The notes under the pieces are model-generated. The model saw only the letters and a list, made by a program, of their open reading frames with translations, did no database searches and was not told the origin of the DNA. 33,368 nucleotides of DNA. Origin: an uncultured Oscillospiraceae bacterium (GTDB lineage: Bacteria > Bacillota > Clostridia > UMGS1840). Below, one piece after another: positions 8,641 to 18,170 of this stretch (positions are counted from its first letter, which is position 1; every line of letters starts with the position of its first letter). The DNA is taken from assembly GCA_964410755.1 (NCBI GenBank), contig CAYPIJ010000003.1, forward strand, positions 1-33,368, given 5' to 3'. The translations under genes and the position numbers were made by a program.

Positions 8641-9759
8641 TTACTCTACTATGACTTTGGGCTGGGACGATATGTTCAGTATCATTCCCATTGCAACCAT
8701 CTGAAAAACAAATGAACTTCCCCCTGCCGAGAAAAACGGCAACGGTATACCCGTTGGAGGAATTGAAGACGTTGTAACACCTATGTTCAAAATAACCTGA
8801 ATTATAATAAGAGCAATAAGTCCAAATACCAAAATCATTGAATATCTGTCAGGTGCGTTAAGTGCAATAACGGTTGCCCGCCACAAAAGAACAATAAACA
8901 AAACCACAACAAGCATTGCACCCAAAAATCCCAATTCTTCGCATATAATCGAAAAAATAAAGTCATTTTGAGGCTCAGGTATGTAAAGATATTTTTGTCT
9001 GCTCCTGCCAAGTCCAAGTCCCGCAAAACCGCCACTGCCTATGGCATACAAAGACTGAACTGCCTGATAACCCGTATCACTTTTATCCAAAAAAGGATTA
9101 CGAAACGACATCATTCTTTCCACTCTGTACGGCTCGGCAAAAGCAAGCACAGCACCCACAATTCCGGCAACAATTCCCGTTCCCGCAAAAATTCTCATAG
9201 AAACACCGGAAACAAGCATCATAACACCAATCGCTCCCACTATAATGATAATAGCGGAAAAGTGCGGTTGGAATATAAGAAAAAGTCCGCAAAGTGCAAA
9301 AACCAAAACGCAAGACGCCAAATACTGCCACGTTTTTCGCCAATGGCTGTCTTTAATATTGGAAAGAATATAAGCACACATAATTATAATAGCAATTTTT
9401 GCCATTTCCGAAGGTTGCATCGAAAAAGGTCCCAATCTCAACCATCTTTTCGCCCCCTTTACGCTTGTTCCCACAACAGCAACAAGCAACAGAAGAAATA
9501 CCGATGCACCGTAAATTAAAAAACGCATTTTTTTAATGATTTTATAGTCCACACTTGCCGTAAAAAACATAGCAAAAACACCGATAACAGCCCACAAAGA
9601 CTGAGATTTCAAATATTCCATTCCGTCGCCCGAACTGTAAAACGAATTAGGCGATGACGCACTGAAAACCATTATAAGGCCGTAAACCGTGAGCATAAGC
9701 ACAGTCATCAAAAAAACATTATCAACTTCGCCCAAAGTATTTTTTATCTTTTTTAGCAC
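8641..9759 (-). CDS. ftsW: SEDS-family peptidoglycan glycosyltransferase FtsW/SpoVE
   Basis: 372-aa polytopic membrane protein with the conserved C-terminal region GIPLPFFSAGGSS. It has a GTG start with GAAAGGAAG 8 nt upstream. Confidence 0.9.
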   Translation of the reverse strand: MLKKIKNTLGEVDNVFLMTVLMLTVYGLIMVFSASSPNSFYSSGDGMEYLKSQSLWAVIGVFAMFFTASVDYKIIKKMRFLIYGASVFLLLLVAVVGTSVKGAKRWLRLGPFSMQPSEMAKIAIIIMCAYILSNIKDSHWRKTWQYLASCVLVFALCGLFLIFQPHFSAIIIIVGAIGVMMLVSGVSMRIFAGTGIVAGIVGAVLAFAEPYRVERMMSFRNPFLDKSDTGYQAVQSLYAIGSGGFAGLGLGRSRQKYLYIPEPQNDFIFSIICEELGFLGAMLVVVLFIVLLWRATVIALNAPDRYSMILVFGLIALIIIQVILNIGVTTSSIPPTGIPLPFFSAGGSSFVFQMVAMGMILNISSQPKVIVE

Positions 9760-9791
9760 CGTTTATTCTTCCTTTCTTCAAATTTTTTATA

Positions 9792-10754
9792 TTAAACCAT
9801 AGACAAATATGCTATAACACCGCCCAAAATCGTTATTGCACTGAAAAGAACAACAATTTTGTTTTCACTGTAACCACTCATTTCCAAGTGATGGTGAAAA
9901 GGCGCCATTTTGAAAAGTCTTTTTCCGTGTGTAAGCTTAAAATATCCAACCTGTAGCATAACTGAAACAGCTTCCAAAAGGTAAACTATTCCCACAATTA
10001 TCAAAATTAACGGGTCATCGTTCAATATAGCCAAAGAAACAACTGCACCTCCCAAATAAAGTGAACCTGTATCTCCCATAAACACTTTTGCGGGATGCAA
10101 ATTGAAAATTAAAAATCCGCACAAAGCACCGCAAAGAGCAGATGAGTAAAGTGCAAGACCGTCTTGCAAAAATACCATTGAAACAAGTGAGAAAAACAGC
10201 ATAACAAAAGCTGTAACCGTTCCTGCAAGACCGTCTATTCCGTCGGTTAAATTAACGCTGTTTATAAAGCCTATCATTATGAAAACGTAAAATAAGCTGA
10301 TAAAATATCCCATTTCAAGATGAATATGTGTAAAGGGAATATGAAGTGATGTTTGAACAACATTAAGCTCAATTCCCAAAATACAAAATGCTATTGTAAC
10401 AATAAGCATAAGGATAATTTTTCCCATTGGTGAAAGTCCCAAATTTCTTTTTTTAACAACCTTTATGTAGTCATCAATAAATCCGATAGCACCACATAAA
10501 AGAGGAAACAAAAGAGCAAAAAGCCCTTTTACGTCACGAATAAATACTGCACCTACCAAAGTAGCGGAAATAATGAAGATAAAACCACCCATTGTAGGTG
10601 TGCCCGATTTACCCTCGTGCCACTTCGGTCCTATTTCCAAAATTTTTTGACCGAATTTCAATTTTTTCAAAACGGGAATTATTACAGGTCCAATAAGAGC
10701 GCTTACAAAAAAGCCCAAAACCACGCAAATTGCCGACAAAAAAGTTATATTCAT
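9792..10754 (-). CDS. mraY: Phospho-N-acetylmuramoyl-pentapeptide transferase
   Basis: 320 aa with the MraY motifs TPTMGG, NLTDGIDGLA and APFHHH. Confidence 0.96.
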   Translation of the reverse strand: MNITFLSAICVVLGFFVSALIGPVIIPVLKKLKFGQKILEIGPKWHEGKSGTPTMGGFIFIISATLVGAVFIRDVKGLFALLFPLLCGAIGFIDDYIKVVKKRNLGLSPMGKIILMLIVTIAFCILGIELNVVQTSLHIPFTHIHLEMGYFISLFYVFIMIGFINSVNLTDGIDGLAGTVTAFVMLFFSLVSMVFLQDGLALYSSALCGALCGFLIFNLHPAKVFMGDTGSLYLGGAVVSLAILNDDPLILIIVGIVYLLEAVSVMLQVGYFKLTHGKRLFKMAPFHHHLEMSGYSENKIVVLFSAITILGGVIAYLSMV

Positions 10755-10773
10755 TTTAGTTATTTCCTTTCAA

Positions 10774-12120
10774 TTATTTGATAAATTCAAAAATTTCTTC
10801 AAATTTATAAGCTCTGGAAGCTTTAATAAGCACACAATCGCCATCTTTAAGCAAAGAATTAATTTCGTTTTTCAAATCTGCTTTTTTCTCATACAAACGA
10901 ATTTTATCCTCGCTCATTCCTGCTTTTAATGCACCGTCTTTTATATAACAACTGTTTTCTTCGCACAAAATTAGCAAATCGACATCGTTTTCAAAAACAC
11001 TTTTTCCAACTTCATTTAAAATCGGTTCAAGATAGTCGCCCAATTCTCCGATAGCTCCCAAAATCGCAACCTTTCTTTTTGAAGCGGTATCTTTCAAAAG
11101 CTTCAATGATGCACGCATTGAGTCCAAAGAAGCATTATAGCAATCGAGAATTATTTTTTTCTCGCCTACGCTTTTAAGCTCCTGCCTTAAAGCAACGTTT
11201 TCAAACTCTGAAAGCCCCTTTTGAATTTGTTCGTTTGTCGCTCCCAAAACCTTACCTGCAAGAATTGCGGAAGATGCGTTTTGAATATTATGAACACCAC
11301 CGACATTAAGGATAAATTCATATCCGTCGCAAACAAACACACATTTTTCTTCACATTCTTTAACTTCAATGGGATATTTTCCGTTTTTTATTCCGAAAAG
11401 CTCTGTTTTAATTTTTATGTCTTTTCTTGCATTCACAAGCATTTCGTCATCGCCGTTTAAAAGGAGACAACCGTTCTCACTCATTCCGTCAAGAATTTCA
11501 AGCTTCGCTTTCAAAATATTTTCTCTTGTTTTCAATTTTTCAATATGGGACATTCCAATCATTGTAATAATGCCAATATCGGGCTTTGCAATTTTTGAAA
11601 GATAGGAAATTTCTCCAAAATCACTCATACCCATTTCCAAAACAACAAATTTTTCGTCACCGTCCATAGCAAGTATGCTGAGAGGAAGCCCAATATCATT
11701 ATTAAAATTTTTAATTGTTGAAGCTGTTTTTCCAAGCTGGGAAACAACCGATTTCACAAGTTGTCTCGTTGTGGTTTTTCCCACGCTACCGGTAACACCA
11801 ACAACTGTTGCATTTGTTTTTTCAAGATAATATTTTGCAATATCACCCAAAGCCTTTTTTGTGTCTTCAACCTTTATTACAAAGCCTTTATTTTCAAAAT
11901 CTGTCTGTTCTTTGTGTGTAATACATCCCAACGCATTATTTTCAAAAGCCTTATTTATATAATCGTGACCGTCAAAGTTTTCGCCTTTTAAAGGAACAAA
12001 AATCTTATTTTCCATATTTTCTCTGGAATCGGTGCTTACCCCCGATACCACCGTATTTTCGTTGCCGAACAAAAGCTCCCCCCTTGTGGCAACGCATATT
12101 TCTTCTACTGTAAGTTGCAT
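10774..12120 (-). CDS. murF: UDP-MurNAc-tripeptide--D-alanyl-D-alanine ligase
   Basis: 448-aa Mur ligase with P-loop GVTGSVGKTTT, in the MurF position after murE. Its start overlaps the murE stop by 16 nt. Confidence 0.93.
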   Translation of the reverse strand: MQLTVEEICVATRGELLFGNENTVVSGVSTDSRENMENKIFVPLKGENFDGHDYINKAFENNALGCITHKEQTDFENKGFVIKVEDTKKALGDIAKYYLEKTNATVVGVTGSVGKTTTRQLVKSVVSQLGKTASTIKNFNNDIGLPLSILAMDGDEKFVVLEMGMSDFGEISYLSKIAKPDIGIITMIGMSHIEKLKTRENILKAKLEILDGMSENGCLLLNGDDEMLVNARKDIKIKTELFGIKNGKYPIEVKECEEKCVFVCDGYEFILNVGGVHNIQNASSAILAGKVLGATNEQIQKGLSEFENVALRQELKSVGEKKIILDCYNASLDSMRASLKLLKDTASKRKVAILGAIGELGDYLEPILNEVGKSVFENDVDLLILCEENSCYIKDGALKAGMSEDKIRLYEKKADLKNEINSLLKDGDCVLIKASRAYKFEEIFEFIK

Positions 12121-13544
12121 ATTTCCCTCACAATTTTTCTTTCGTCAAATTCTATGTTGTAATCTTTAAATTTCTGAACAGTTTCATGCCCTTTTCCCAA
12201 AAGAAGAACAATGTCATTTTCGCAAGCCATATTCATGGCAAATTCAATCGCCTTTCTTCTGTCAACCTCGGTATGAACATTTTCTTTGTTGTCTATTCCC
12301 ACCATAATATCGTCTATTATGGCTTGCATATCCTCACTTCTGGGGTTATCACTTGTAACAATAACAACATCGGAATACATTTTCGCCATTTTCCCCATTT
12401 TCGGTCTTTTGCCTTTGTCTCTGTCACCACCGCAACCGAAAACGGTTATCAGTCTGCCTTTTTTAAACTCTTTAACGGCAGTAAGAATATTTTCCATACC
12501 GTCGGGAGTATGTGCATAATCGATAATAACCTTGTATGGCTTATCTATTGGAACAACCTCACATCTTCCCATAACACCTTTTGCATTTTTAAGGCTCATT
12601 TTTACAAAGCCGTCCGGTATTCCCAAAATTCCGCAAACACCGCAAACTGCCAATGAATTATAAACGGAAAAGCTTCCCGGTATCGGAAACACAACTTTGT
12701 ATTCCTCATTGTTTCTTTTTACTGTGTATTCAACGGAATCATCTTTATGTTTAACGTGAATTGCCTTATAATCGGAATTTTTATTAACACCGTAAGTCAC
12801 AAGTCTGCCTTTAACACCTTTTTTCATAACATCAACATAACTGTCGTCCGCATTTATAAGGGAATTTTTACACTGCATAAAAAATTTGCTTTTTGCTTCC
12901 GCATAATTTTCCATTGTTTTATGGTAATCCAAATGGTCTTGGGTGAGATTGGTGAACACACCTACCTCGAAATTTATTCCCCAAATTCTGTCTTGTGCAA
13001 CAGAATGGGAAGAAACCTCCATAACGGCAAAATCGCATTTTTCTTTTTTCATTTCGTTTAAATACATAAAAAGTTCCGGTGCTTCCGGTGTTGTATTTGC
13101 GGAAGGAATTTTTTTGTTACCCACAACAATATCGTTTGTGCCGATAAGACCAACCTTATATCCGCACCCTTCCAAAGTTGTTTTCAAAACAGTTGTAACC
13201 GTGGTTTTTCCGTTTGTACCGGTAACGCCTATCATTCTTAAGCTTTTTTCGGGATTGCCGTAAAAATTGGAAACAATAATTGCAAGTGCTTTGTTGGTGT
13301 TTTCAACAACAACATTCAAAATTCCGTCCAATTCCAACGGATACTCCGAAACAAAAGCACGACAGCCTACATCGTAAGCCTGTTTTGCAAATTCGTGCCT
13401 GTCGGTATTAATTCCCTTTATACAGACAAACAAGCTATTTTCGTCAACTTTTCTTGTATCGTAAGATATATTTTCAATTTGTATATTTTCATTACCTCTG
13501 ACTTCTTTTACGTCTGCATTATTCAGAAGTTCACTTAATTTCAT
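12105..13544 (-). CDS. murE: UDP-MurNAc-L-Ala-D-Glu--2,6-diaminopimelate ligase
   Basis: 479 aa with P-loop GVTGTNGKTTVT. The DNPR motif (VTSDNPRSED) is associated with meso-DAP-adding MurE enzymes. Confidence 0.94.
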   Translation of the reverse strand: MKLSELLNNADVKEVRGNENIQIENISYDTRKVDENSLFVCIKGINTDRHEFAKQAYDVGCRAFVSEYPLELDGILNVVVENTNKALAIIVSNFYGNPEKSLRMIGVTGTNGKTTVTTVLKTTLEGCGYKVGLIGTNDIVVGNKKIPSANTTPEAPELFMYLNEMKKEKCDFAVMEVSSHSVAQDRIWGINFEVGVFTNLTQDHLDYHKTMENYAEAKSKFFMQCKNSLINADDSYVDVMKKGVKGRLVTYGVNKNSDYKAIHVKHKDDSVEYTVKRNNEEYKVVFPIPGSFSVYNSLAVCGVCGILGIPDGFVKMSLKNAKGVMGRCEVVPIDKPYKVIIDYAHTPDGMENILTAVKEFKKGRLITVFGCGGDRDKGKRPKMGKMAKMYSDVVIVTSDNPRSEDMQAIIDDIMVGIDNKENVHTEVDRRKAIEFAMNMACENDIVLLLGKGHETVQKFKDYNIEFDERKIVREICNLQ

Positions 13545-13602
13545 AATAAAAATGCCTTCTTTCTGAATTTTATTTTTTATCTTTCTTTTTTTATTTTTTG
13601 TC

Positions 13603-13691
13603 CAATGTCATTTTTGCCTACGTATACAGCTCTATCATACACAGAGGATTTCTCCGTGCAGGTACTACGACCTTTAGTCGAAATGACATTG
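13603..13691 (-). repeat. 89-bp palindrome-bounded intergenic element (11-bp terminal inverted repeats caatgtcattt / aaatgacattg), copy A of a bipartite motif also present at 22867-22909
   Basis: Perfect 11-bp inverted repeat at 13603-13613 and 13681-13691. The interior holds TGTCATTTCGAC (13688-13677) and TGCACGGAGAAATCCT (13660-13645), which recur in the same order and spacing at 22.87 kb. An internal hairpin CACGGAG-aaatc-CTCTGTG is also present. Confidence 0.6.
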
Positions 13692-13697
13692 TAAATC

Positions 13698-15929
13698 TTA
13701 CTCGCTGTTTGTATTTTCGCCTTGTTGGTCGCTTTGTGAATTATCTTTAAATTCAACGGTTATTTGCGTGCCTTGGGTTACATATTCACCTACTTCAACA
13801 CCTTGCGATATTGAAGTAACGCTGTCAACATTTCCGTTTATACCAACAGCATTCAAAATAAGCTTGCTGTTTTCCAATGTTTCTTTTACAGAATAGTAAT
13901 TTTTACCTGTAACATCAGGCATTTTTACGGAATTTGAGGGCTTTGCATCACCTGTATAAATTATAACCGTTCCTCCCTCAGCCAATACTGAATCGGCTTT
14001 CGGAATTTGGATATTTACTATATCACCGTCCCCCTCCGTAACGCAACGAAGTCCGACTTTATTAAGCTCTGCTTGTGCATCTGTTACGCTCATCGTAACA
14101 ACATTGGGAACAGTTGCTTCACCGTCTTTTGTTTCTGTTGTTTCGGGTTCAAGTCCCATATATCTTAAAACATCGTCAAGAATTTTTCCTGCCAAAGGAG
14201 CTGCCGTAGCACCACCTGTATGAAGTGCGCCACCGGGTTCGTCAAGCATGAGAAGTAAAACAACTTGTGGGTCATTACAAGGTGCAATACCGGCAAAAGA
14301 TGCAACATATTTGTTGTTTCCTCTTGGAATTTTTTCACTTGTTCCTGTTTTTCCGCCTATTCTGAAGCCTTCCAAATATGCCTGACCGCCTGTTCCTTCA
14401 GAAACAACTTTTTCCAATACACCTTTCATTATCTGTGAAGTCTGTTCGGAAACTACCTGTCTTACAACTTCCGTGTCTTTTTCTTCAATCACATTTCCCT
14501 GTGAATCCGTGATATTCTTTAAAAGATGTGGTTTTAAAAGCTTTCCGTCATTTGCAACGGCACCGATTGCCGCAAGCATCTGAAGCGGTGTTACCGTAGG
14601 ACCTTGACCAAAAGATGCGGTTGCCAATTCAACCTCGTTAAAATTACTCATCGGATAAAAGGTTCCTGATGTTTCACCGTTAAGCTCAATCCCCGTAGTC
14701 TGAGTAAATCCAAATCCTTTGTAATATTTATAGAATTTATCTCTACCAACCTTTGCACCTGTAATCATAAATGCAGGGTTGCAAGAATTCATAAGAGCTT
14801 CAACAAAGGTTTGTGTACCGTGACCGGCTGTTTTCCAGCAATTTATTCTTCTGTCGGCAACAATATGGTAACCGGAACAGTTGAACGTATCGTTAATTGT
14901 TACCACACCTTCTTCAAGTGCCATCGCACTTGTAATAATCTTAAATGTGGAACCGGGTTCATAACTGTCAACAACTGCTTTGTTTCTCCAAAGTTTATTT
15001 AAATAATCGCTTCTAAGCTCACTTTTTTCCTTATTATCATCGGATTTTTTAATTTCTTCTTCAACCGTCTTATCGTAAATTTTAAAAGGCTCGTTAAGGT
15101 TAAAATCAGGCTTTGTTGCCATCGCCAAAATTTCGCCTGTCTTAACGTCCATAATTATTCCGGCGGCACCGTTTTGAACATCGTAATCTATAATTGCCTG
15201 CTCCAAATGTTTTTCCAAAAAGTGCTGAATTGTAACATCTATGGTAAGAGTTACATCGCAACCGTCCTGTGCGGAATAATATCTGTCGTATTTATAGGGC
15301 ATATCACTGCCGGCAGCATTTTTTGCCGTTACAATTCTACCGTTTTTGCCCTTTAATTTACTGTCATAAATCATTTCAATTCCCAAAAGTCCCTGATTAT
15401 CTTCACCGGAAAATCCTACTATGTGGGAAGCAATGTTGTTATAGGGATAATACCTTTTGGTGTCCTCGTCAATGGTTACGCCTTGCATTTCAAGAGCTCG
15501 GATTTTGTCCGCAGTCTCTTTTTCCACTTTCTTTTTAAGCACAACGTAGGAAACATTGGAATTCATTTTTTCCTTTATTTCTTTTTCGTCCATTTCCAAA
15601 ATTTTCGCAAGCTTTTTTGCATATTCGTCCTGCTTTTTGCTTTTTTTAATGTCCGCAGGAGTAATACCCACGGTTTCAACGTCAGCACTTACCGCAAGCT
15701 GTTTACCGTTACGGTCATATATGGTTCCCCTCTTTGCGCTTATCTCTCTGTCACGAGTTTGCTGCTCCAATGCCTCTTTCGCTAAAGTTGGTCCCCAAAT
15801 AAACTGTATGTAGGCAATTCTTGCCGATAATGCCACAAAAACAAGGATAAAAAGGATGCATAACACCCTTATCCTTGCTTTAATTTTGTCTTTTGTATTT
15901 TCGTTTGTTCTAATTTTTTTCTTCACCAA
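13698..15929 (-). CDS. Class B penicillin-binding protein (FtsI/PBP2B/SpoVD type) with two C-terminal PASTA domains
   Basis: 743 aa with an N-terminal TM anchor, transpeptidase motifs STFK, SCN and KTGT, and two PASTA-like repeats near the C-terminus. It has a TTG/GTG start. Confidence 0.93.
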   Translation of the reverse strand: MVKKKIRTNENTKDKIKARIRVLCILFILVFVALSARIAYIQFIWGPTLAKEALEQQTRDREISAKRGTIYDRNGKQLAVSADVETVGITPADIKKSKKQDEYAKKLAKILEMDEKEIKEKMNSNVSYVVLKKKVEKETADKIRALEMQGVTIDEDTKRYYPYNNIASHIVGFSGEDNQGLLGIEMIYDSKLKGKNGRIVTAKNAAGSDMPYKYDRYYSAQDGCDVTLTIDVTIQHFLEKHLEQAIIDYDVQNGAAGIIMDVKTGEILAMATKPDFNLNEPFKIYDKTVEEEIKKSDDNKEKSELRSDYLNKLWRNKAVVDSYEPGSTFKIITSAMALEEGVVTINDTFNCSGYHIVADRRINCWKTAGHGTQTFVEALMNSCNPAFMITGAKVGRDKFYKYYKGFGFTQTTGIELNGETSGTFYPMSNFNEVELATASFGQGPTVTPLQMLAAIGAVANDGKLLKPHLLKNITDSQGNVIEEKDTEVVRQVVSEQTSQIMKGVLEKVVSEGTGGQAYLEGFRIGGKTGTSEKIPRGNNKYVASFAGIAPCNDPQVVLLLMLDEPGGALHTGGATAAPLAGKILDDVLRYMGLEPETTETKDGEATVPNVVTMSVTDAQAELNKVGLRCVTEGDGDIVNIQIPKADSVLAEGGTVIIYTGDAKPSNSVKMPDVTGKNYYSVKETLENSKLILNAVGINGNVDSVTSISQGVEVGEYVTQGTQITVEFKDNSQSDQQGENTNSE

Positions 15930-15994
15930 GCATCCGCTCTTTCTTTAATTGTCTTTTTTGTGATGCGTTCCTCTTTTTAATTTATATTAATACC

Positions 15995-16471
15995 TTATTT
16001 AAGATATGCCATAAGACCGGAAAGAAATTTTCTGTCTTCCTTTTTGTCGTCTTCGTCTTTTTGAGAATTTATCACACCGTAATCCTCAGCCAAAACGTCA
16101 ATATAGACAATTTGGCTTTTCTTTGCTCTGTTCATACCGTAATTGGAAATTGCAAGTTCTTCCACGGCTTTCAAATCAATACTTTTGTTAATGTCAACCT
16201 GTGCTTTTTTGTTTTCGCTCAATAATTTTGTATATTCGCTGTTAAGCTGAGACACTTTTCTTTTTTGCTCAGTAACCTGCATATTTTTTGTAAGAAGAAA
16301 TAACGAACCGATTAAGATAACACAAACCACTGCCACACACTTAAGTTTAAATGCGGTTTGGTTCTTTTTTACTTGCTTTCTTTTTCCGAAAGTTACATCA
16401 TGTGTTTTTGTAATATGGTTGTTTGAATAATCGCTGTAATATTGTTTTCTTGCAAGATTATCATTATACAT
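15995..16471 (-). CDS. ftsL: FtsL-like septum formation protein (single TM plus coiled coil)
   Basis: 158 aa with one TM helix (CVAVVCVILIGSLFLL) followed by a coiled-coil-like segment. It sits between rsmH and the PBP gene. Confidence 0.6.
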   Translation of the reverse strand: MYNDNLARKQYYSDYSNNHITKTHDVTFGKRKQVKKNQTAFKLKCVAVVCVILIGSLFLLTKNMQVTEQKRKVSQLNSEYTKLLSENKKAQVDINKSIDLKAVEELAISNYGMNRAKKSQIVYIDVLAEDYGVINSQKDEDDKKEDRKFLSGLMAYLK

Positions 16472-16501
16472 TTTTTCGGCAGTTCCTTTCCTATATCGTT
16501 T

Positions 16502-17428
16502 CTAATCGGCTATTTTTTCTATAACTCTCAAATGCGCCGACTTACTTCTGGGGTTAAATTCAAGTTCTTCCTTTGAGGGAGAAATCGGTTTTCTTGTAAT
16601 GAATTTTGCTTTCGGTTTATTTCCACATACACAAACGGGAAAATCGTTGGGACAAGTACAAACATCAACCAAGCTCTTAAAATATTCCTTAACAATTCTG
16701 TCTTCAAGAGAATGAAATGTTATTATACACATTCTTCCACCAACTTCCAAAAGCTCGAAAAAGCTTTCAAGTCCTTTTTTCAAAGAACCCAACTCGTCAT
16801 TCACTTCAATTCTTATTGCTTGAAATGTTCTCTTTGCGGGGTGCTTGTCTTTAAGGCTTTTTGCCGGCATTGAATGTCTTATAATGTCAATAAGTTCAAA
16901 AGTTGTTTCAATCGGTTTTTCTGCCCTTTTTTTCACTATATTGGAAGCAATGCTTTTTGCATATTTTTCTTCACCGTAAAGACTTATTATTCGCATAAGG
17001 TCTTTAAAGTCGTATTCGTTTACAACATTTTTTGCACTGAAAGGCGACGATTTATCCATACGCATATCAAGTGGAGAATCTTCTCTGTATGTAAAGCCTC
17101 TGTCCTTATTATCAAGCTGATAGGAAGAAACTCCCAAATCAGCCAAAATTCCGTCTGCTTTTTTTGAAACAAAATTTTTAATTTCACAAAAATTGGCTCT
17201 TACAAACTGTTTTTCGCAATCAAATTTTCCCAAACGCTCTTTTGCCACATTAAAGGCTTCTTCATCTCTGTCAACACCTATAAATGTACCGTTTTTTCCA
17301 AGACAAGAACAAATCCCCGAGGAATGTCCGGCACCGCCCATTGTTGCATCAATATAAACGCCGTTTTCTTTTATATTTAAATTTTCAATACATTCGTTAT
17401 ACAAAACGCTCTTGTGAAAAAATTCCAT
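16502..17428 (-). CDS. rsmH: 16S rRNA (cytosine1402-N4)-methyltransferase
   Basis: 308 aa starting HKSVLYNECIENL, with DATMGGAGHS and DLGVSSYQLD, which are RsmH/MraW signatures. Confidence 0.96.
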   Translation of the reverse strand: MEFFHKSVLYNECIENLNIKENGVYIDATMGGAGHSSGICSCLGKNGTFIGVDRDEEAFNVAKERLGKFDCEKQFVRANFCEIKNFVSKKADGILADLGVSSYQLDNKDRGFTYREDSPLDMRMDKSSPFSAKNVVNEYDFKDLMRIISLYGEEKYAKSIASNIVKKRAEKPIETTFELIDIIRHSMPAKSLKDKHPAKRTFQAIRIEVNDELGSLKKGLESFFELLEVGGRMCIITFHSLEDRIVKEYFKSLVDVCTCPNDFPVCVCGNKPKAKFITRKPISPSKEELEFNPRSKSAHLRVIEKIAD

Positions 17429-17431
17429 ATT

Positions 17432-17857
17432 TTATATACCCAATTCCTTAAGCATTTCGGAAAGATTATCCATATTGGCAACGGTATTTGCCTCATATTC
17501 GGCATAAGCATCGGAATCCCAAATTTCTATACGGCTTGAAAGTCCAACCAAAACCACGTCTTTTTCCAATCCGGCATATTCTCTCAATTTTGGAGGAACA
17601 ACAAATCTTCCTTGTTTATCTGTTGTTACCTTTTCGGTATTTGCAAAAACAAATCTTTGCAAAACTCCGCCTTGTGCTATGGGAAGTGCTTTGATTTTAT
17701 CTTCAAGCTCGTGAAAACCGTCTTCCGTATATACAAACAAGCACTTTTCAAAACCACGCAACACAAAAAAGCTCTCGCCCAACAAATCTCTGTATTTGGA
17801 CGGAAGTGTTACTCTACCCTTTTGATCCAAGGTGTGGCTCGCTTGTCCGTAAAACAT
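17432..17857 (-). CDS. mraZ: Transcriptional regulator MraZ
   Basis: 141 aa with two SpoVT/AbrB-type repeats carrying DxxGR (LDQKGRVTLP and TDKQGRFVVP). It is the first gene of the dcw cluster. Confidence 0.95.
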   Translation of the reverse strand: MFYGQASHTLDQKGRVTLPSKYRDLLGESFFVLRGFEKCLFVYTEDGFHELEDKIKALPIAQGGVLQRFVFANTEKVTTDKQGRFVVPPKLREYAGLEKDVVLVGLSSRIEIWDSDAYAEYEANTVANMDNLSEMLKELGI

Positions 17858-17907
17858 TCACCGTTTTCCTTTCCTTACAATTTAAAGCGTTTATTTTAAA
17901 GATAGCA

Positions 17908-17937
17908 ATAAAACAAGCATTGTTTATCTTGTTTTAT
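17908..17937 (-). other. AU-rich 10-bp stem-loop in the mraZ leader about 50 nt upstream of the start codon (possible attenuator or weak terminator)
   Basis: Arms ataaaacaag / cttgttttat with a 10-nt loop. On the minus strand they are followed by TGCTATCTTT. Confidence 0.35.
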
Positions 17938-18097
17938 ATAAAATCCGAAAAATAAGAAAGCGAGGTGGGTTCAAAGTACATCAGGGATAACAAAAAAATC
18001 AACACCGTAACATTTTGAATTCCGACAACAAAATGAAAAAATCGGTAAAAACTAAAACCCTTTTTCACGAAAAACCAAAATTTTAGGTTTTTTCATT

Positions 18098-18133
18098 CCA
18101 CTTTATGGGAAATCGTGGCACTTTGAACCACTC
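18098..18133 (-). promoter_or_regulatory. Candidate MraZ operator: three (A/G)AGTG(G/C) boxes with 10-bp phasing just downstream of the mraZ promoter
   Basis: The minus strand reads GAGTGGttcaAAGTGCcacgatttcccatAAAGTGG. Box starts are at 18133, 18123 and 18103, offsets of 10 and 20 bp. They resemble published MraZ repeats (TGGGN in E. coli, AAAGTG[T/G] in Mollicutes). Confidence 0.5.
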
Positions 18134-18142
18134 TTTAATAAC

Positions 18143-18170
18143 ATTATACACTATTTCTGAAAAAAATCAA
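18143..18170 (-). promoter_or_regulatory. Sigma-A-like promoter for the dcw operon: TTGATT-16 nt-TATAAT, preceded by A/T tracts (UP-element-like)
   Basis: The minus strand reads gacttgatttttttcagaaatagtgtataat. The -10 is at 18143-18148 and the -35 at 18165-18170. A long A/T-rich stretch spans 18171-18215. Confidence 0.55.

Noticed and set aside
12218-12232. A third match to the element terminus (caatgtcatttt) inside murE coding sequence.
   Set aside because: It encodes the conserved ENDIVLL segment of MurE. It lacks the second motif box and the partner inverted repeat, so it is probably coincidental.
17938-18140. Tiny ORFs in the mraZ leader (14 aa on the minus strand starting at about 18086; 17 aa on the plus strand starting at 18033), and the possibility of a known housekeeping ncRNA here.
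   Set aside because: The ORFs have no credible RBS. I could not recognise 6S, SRP, RNase P, tmRNA or riboswitch signatures in this AT-rich stretch.
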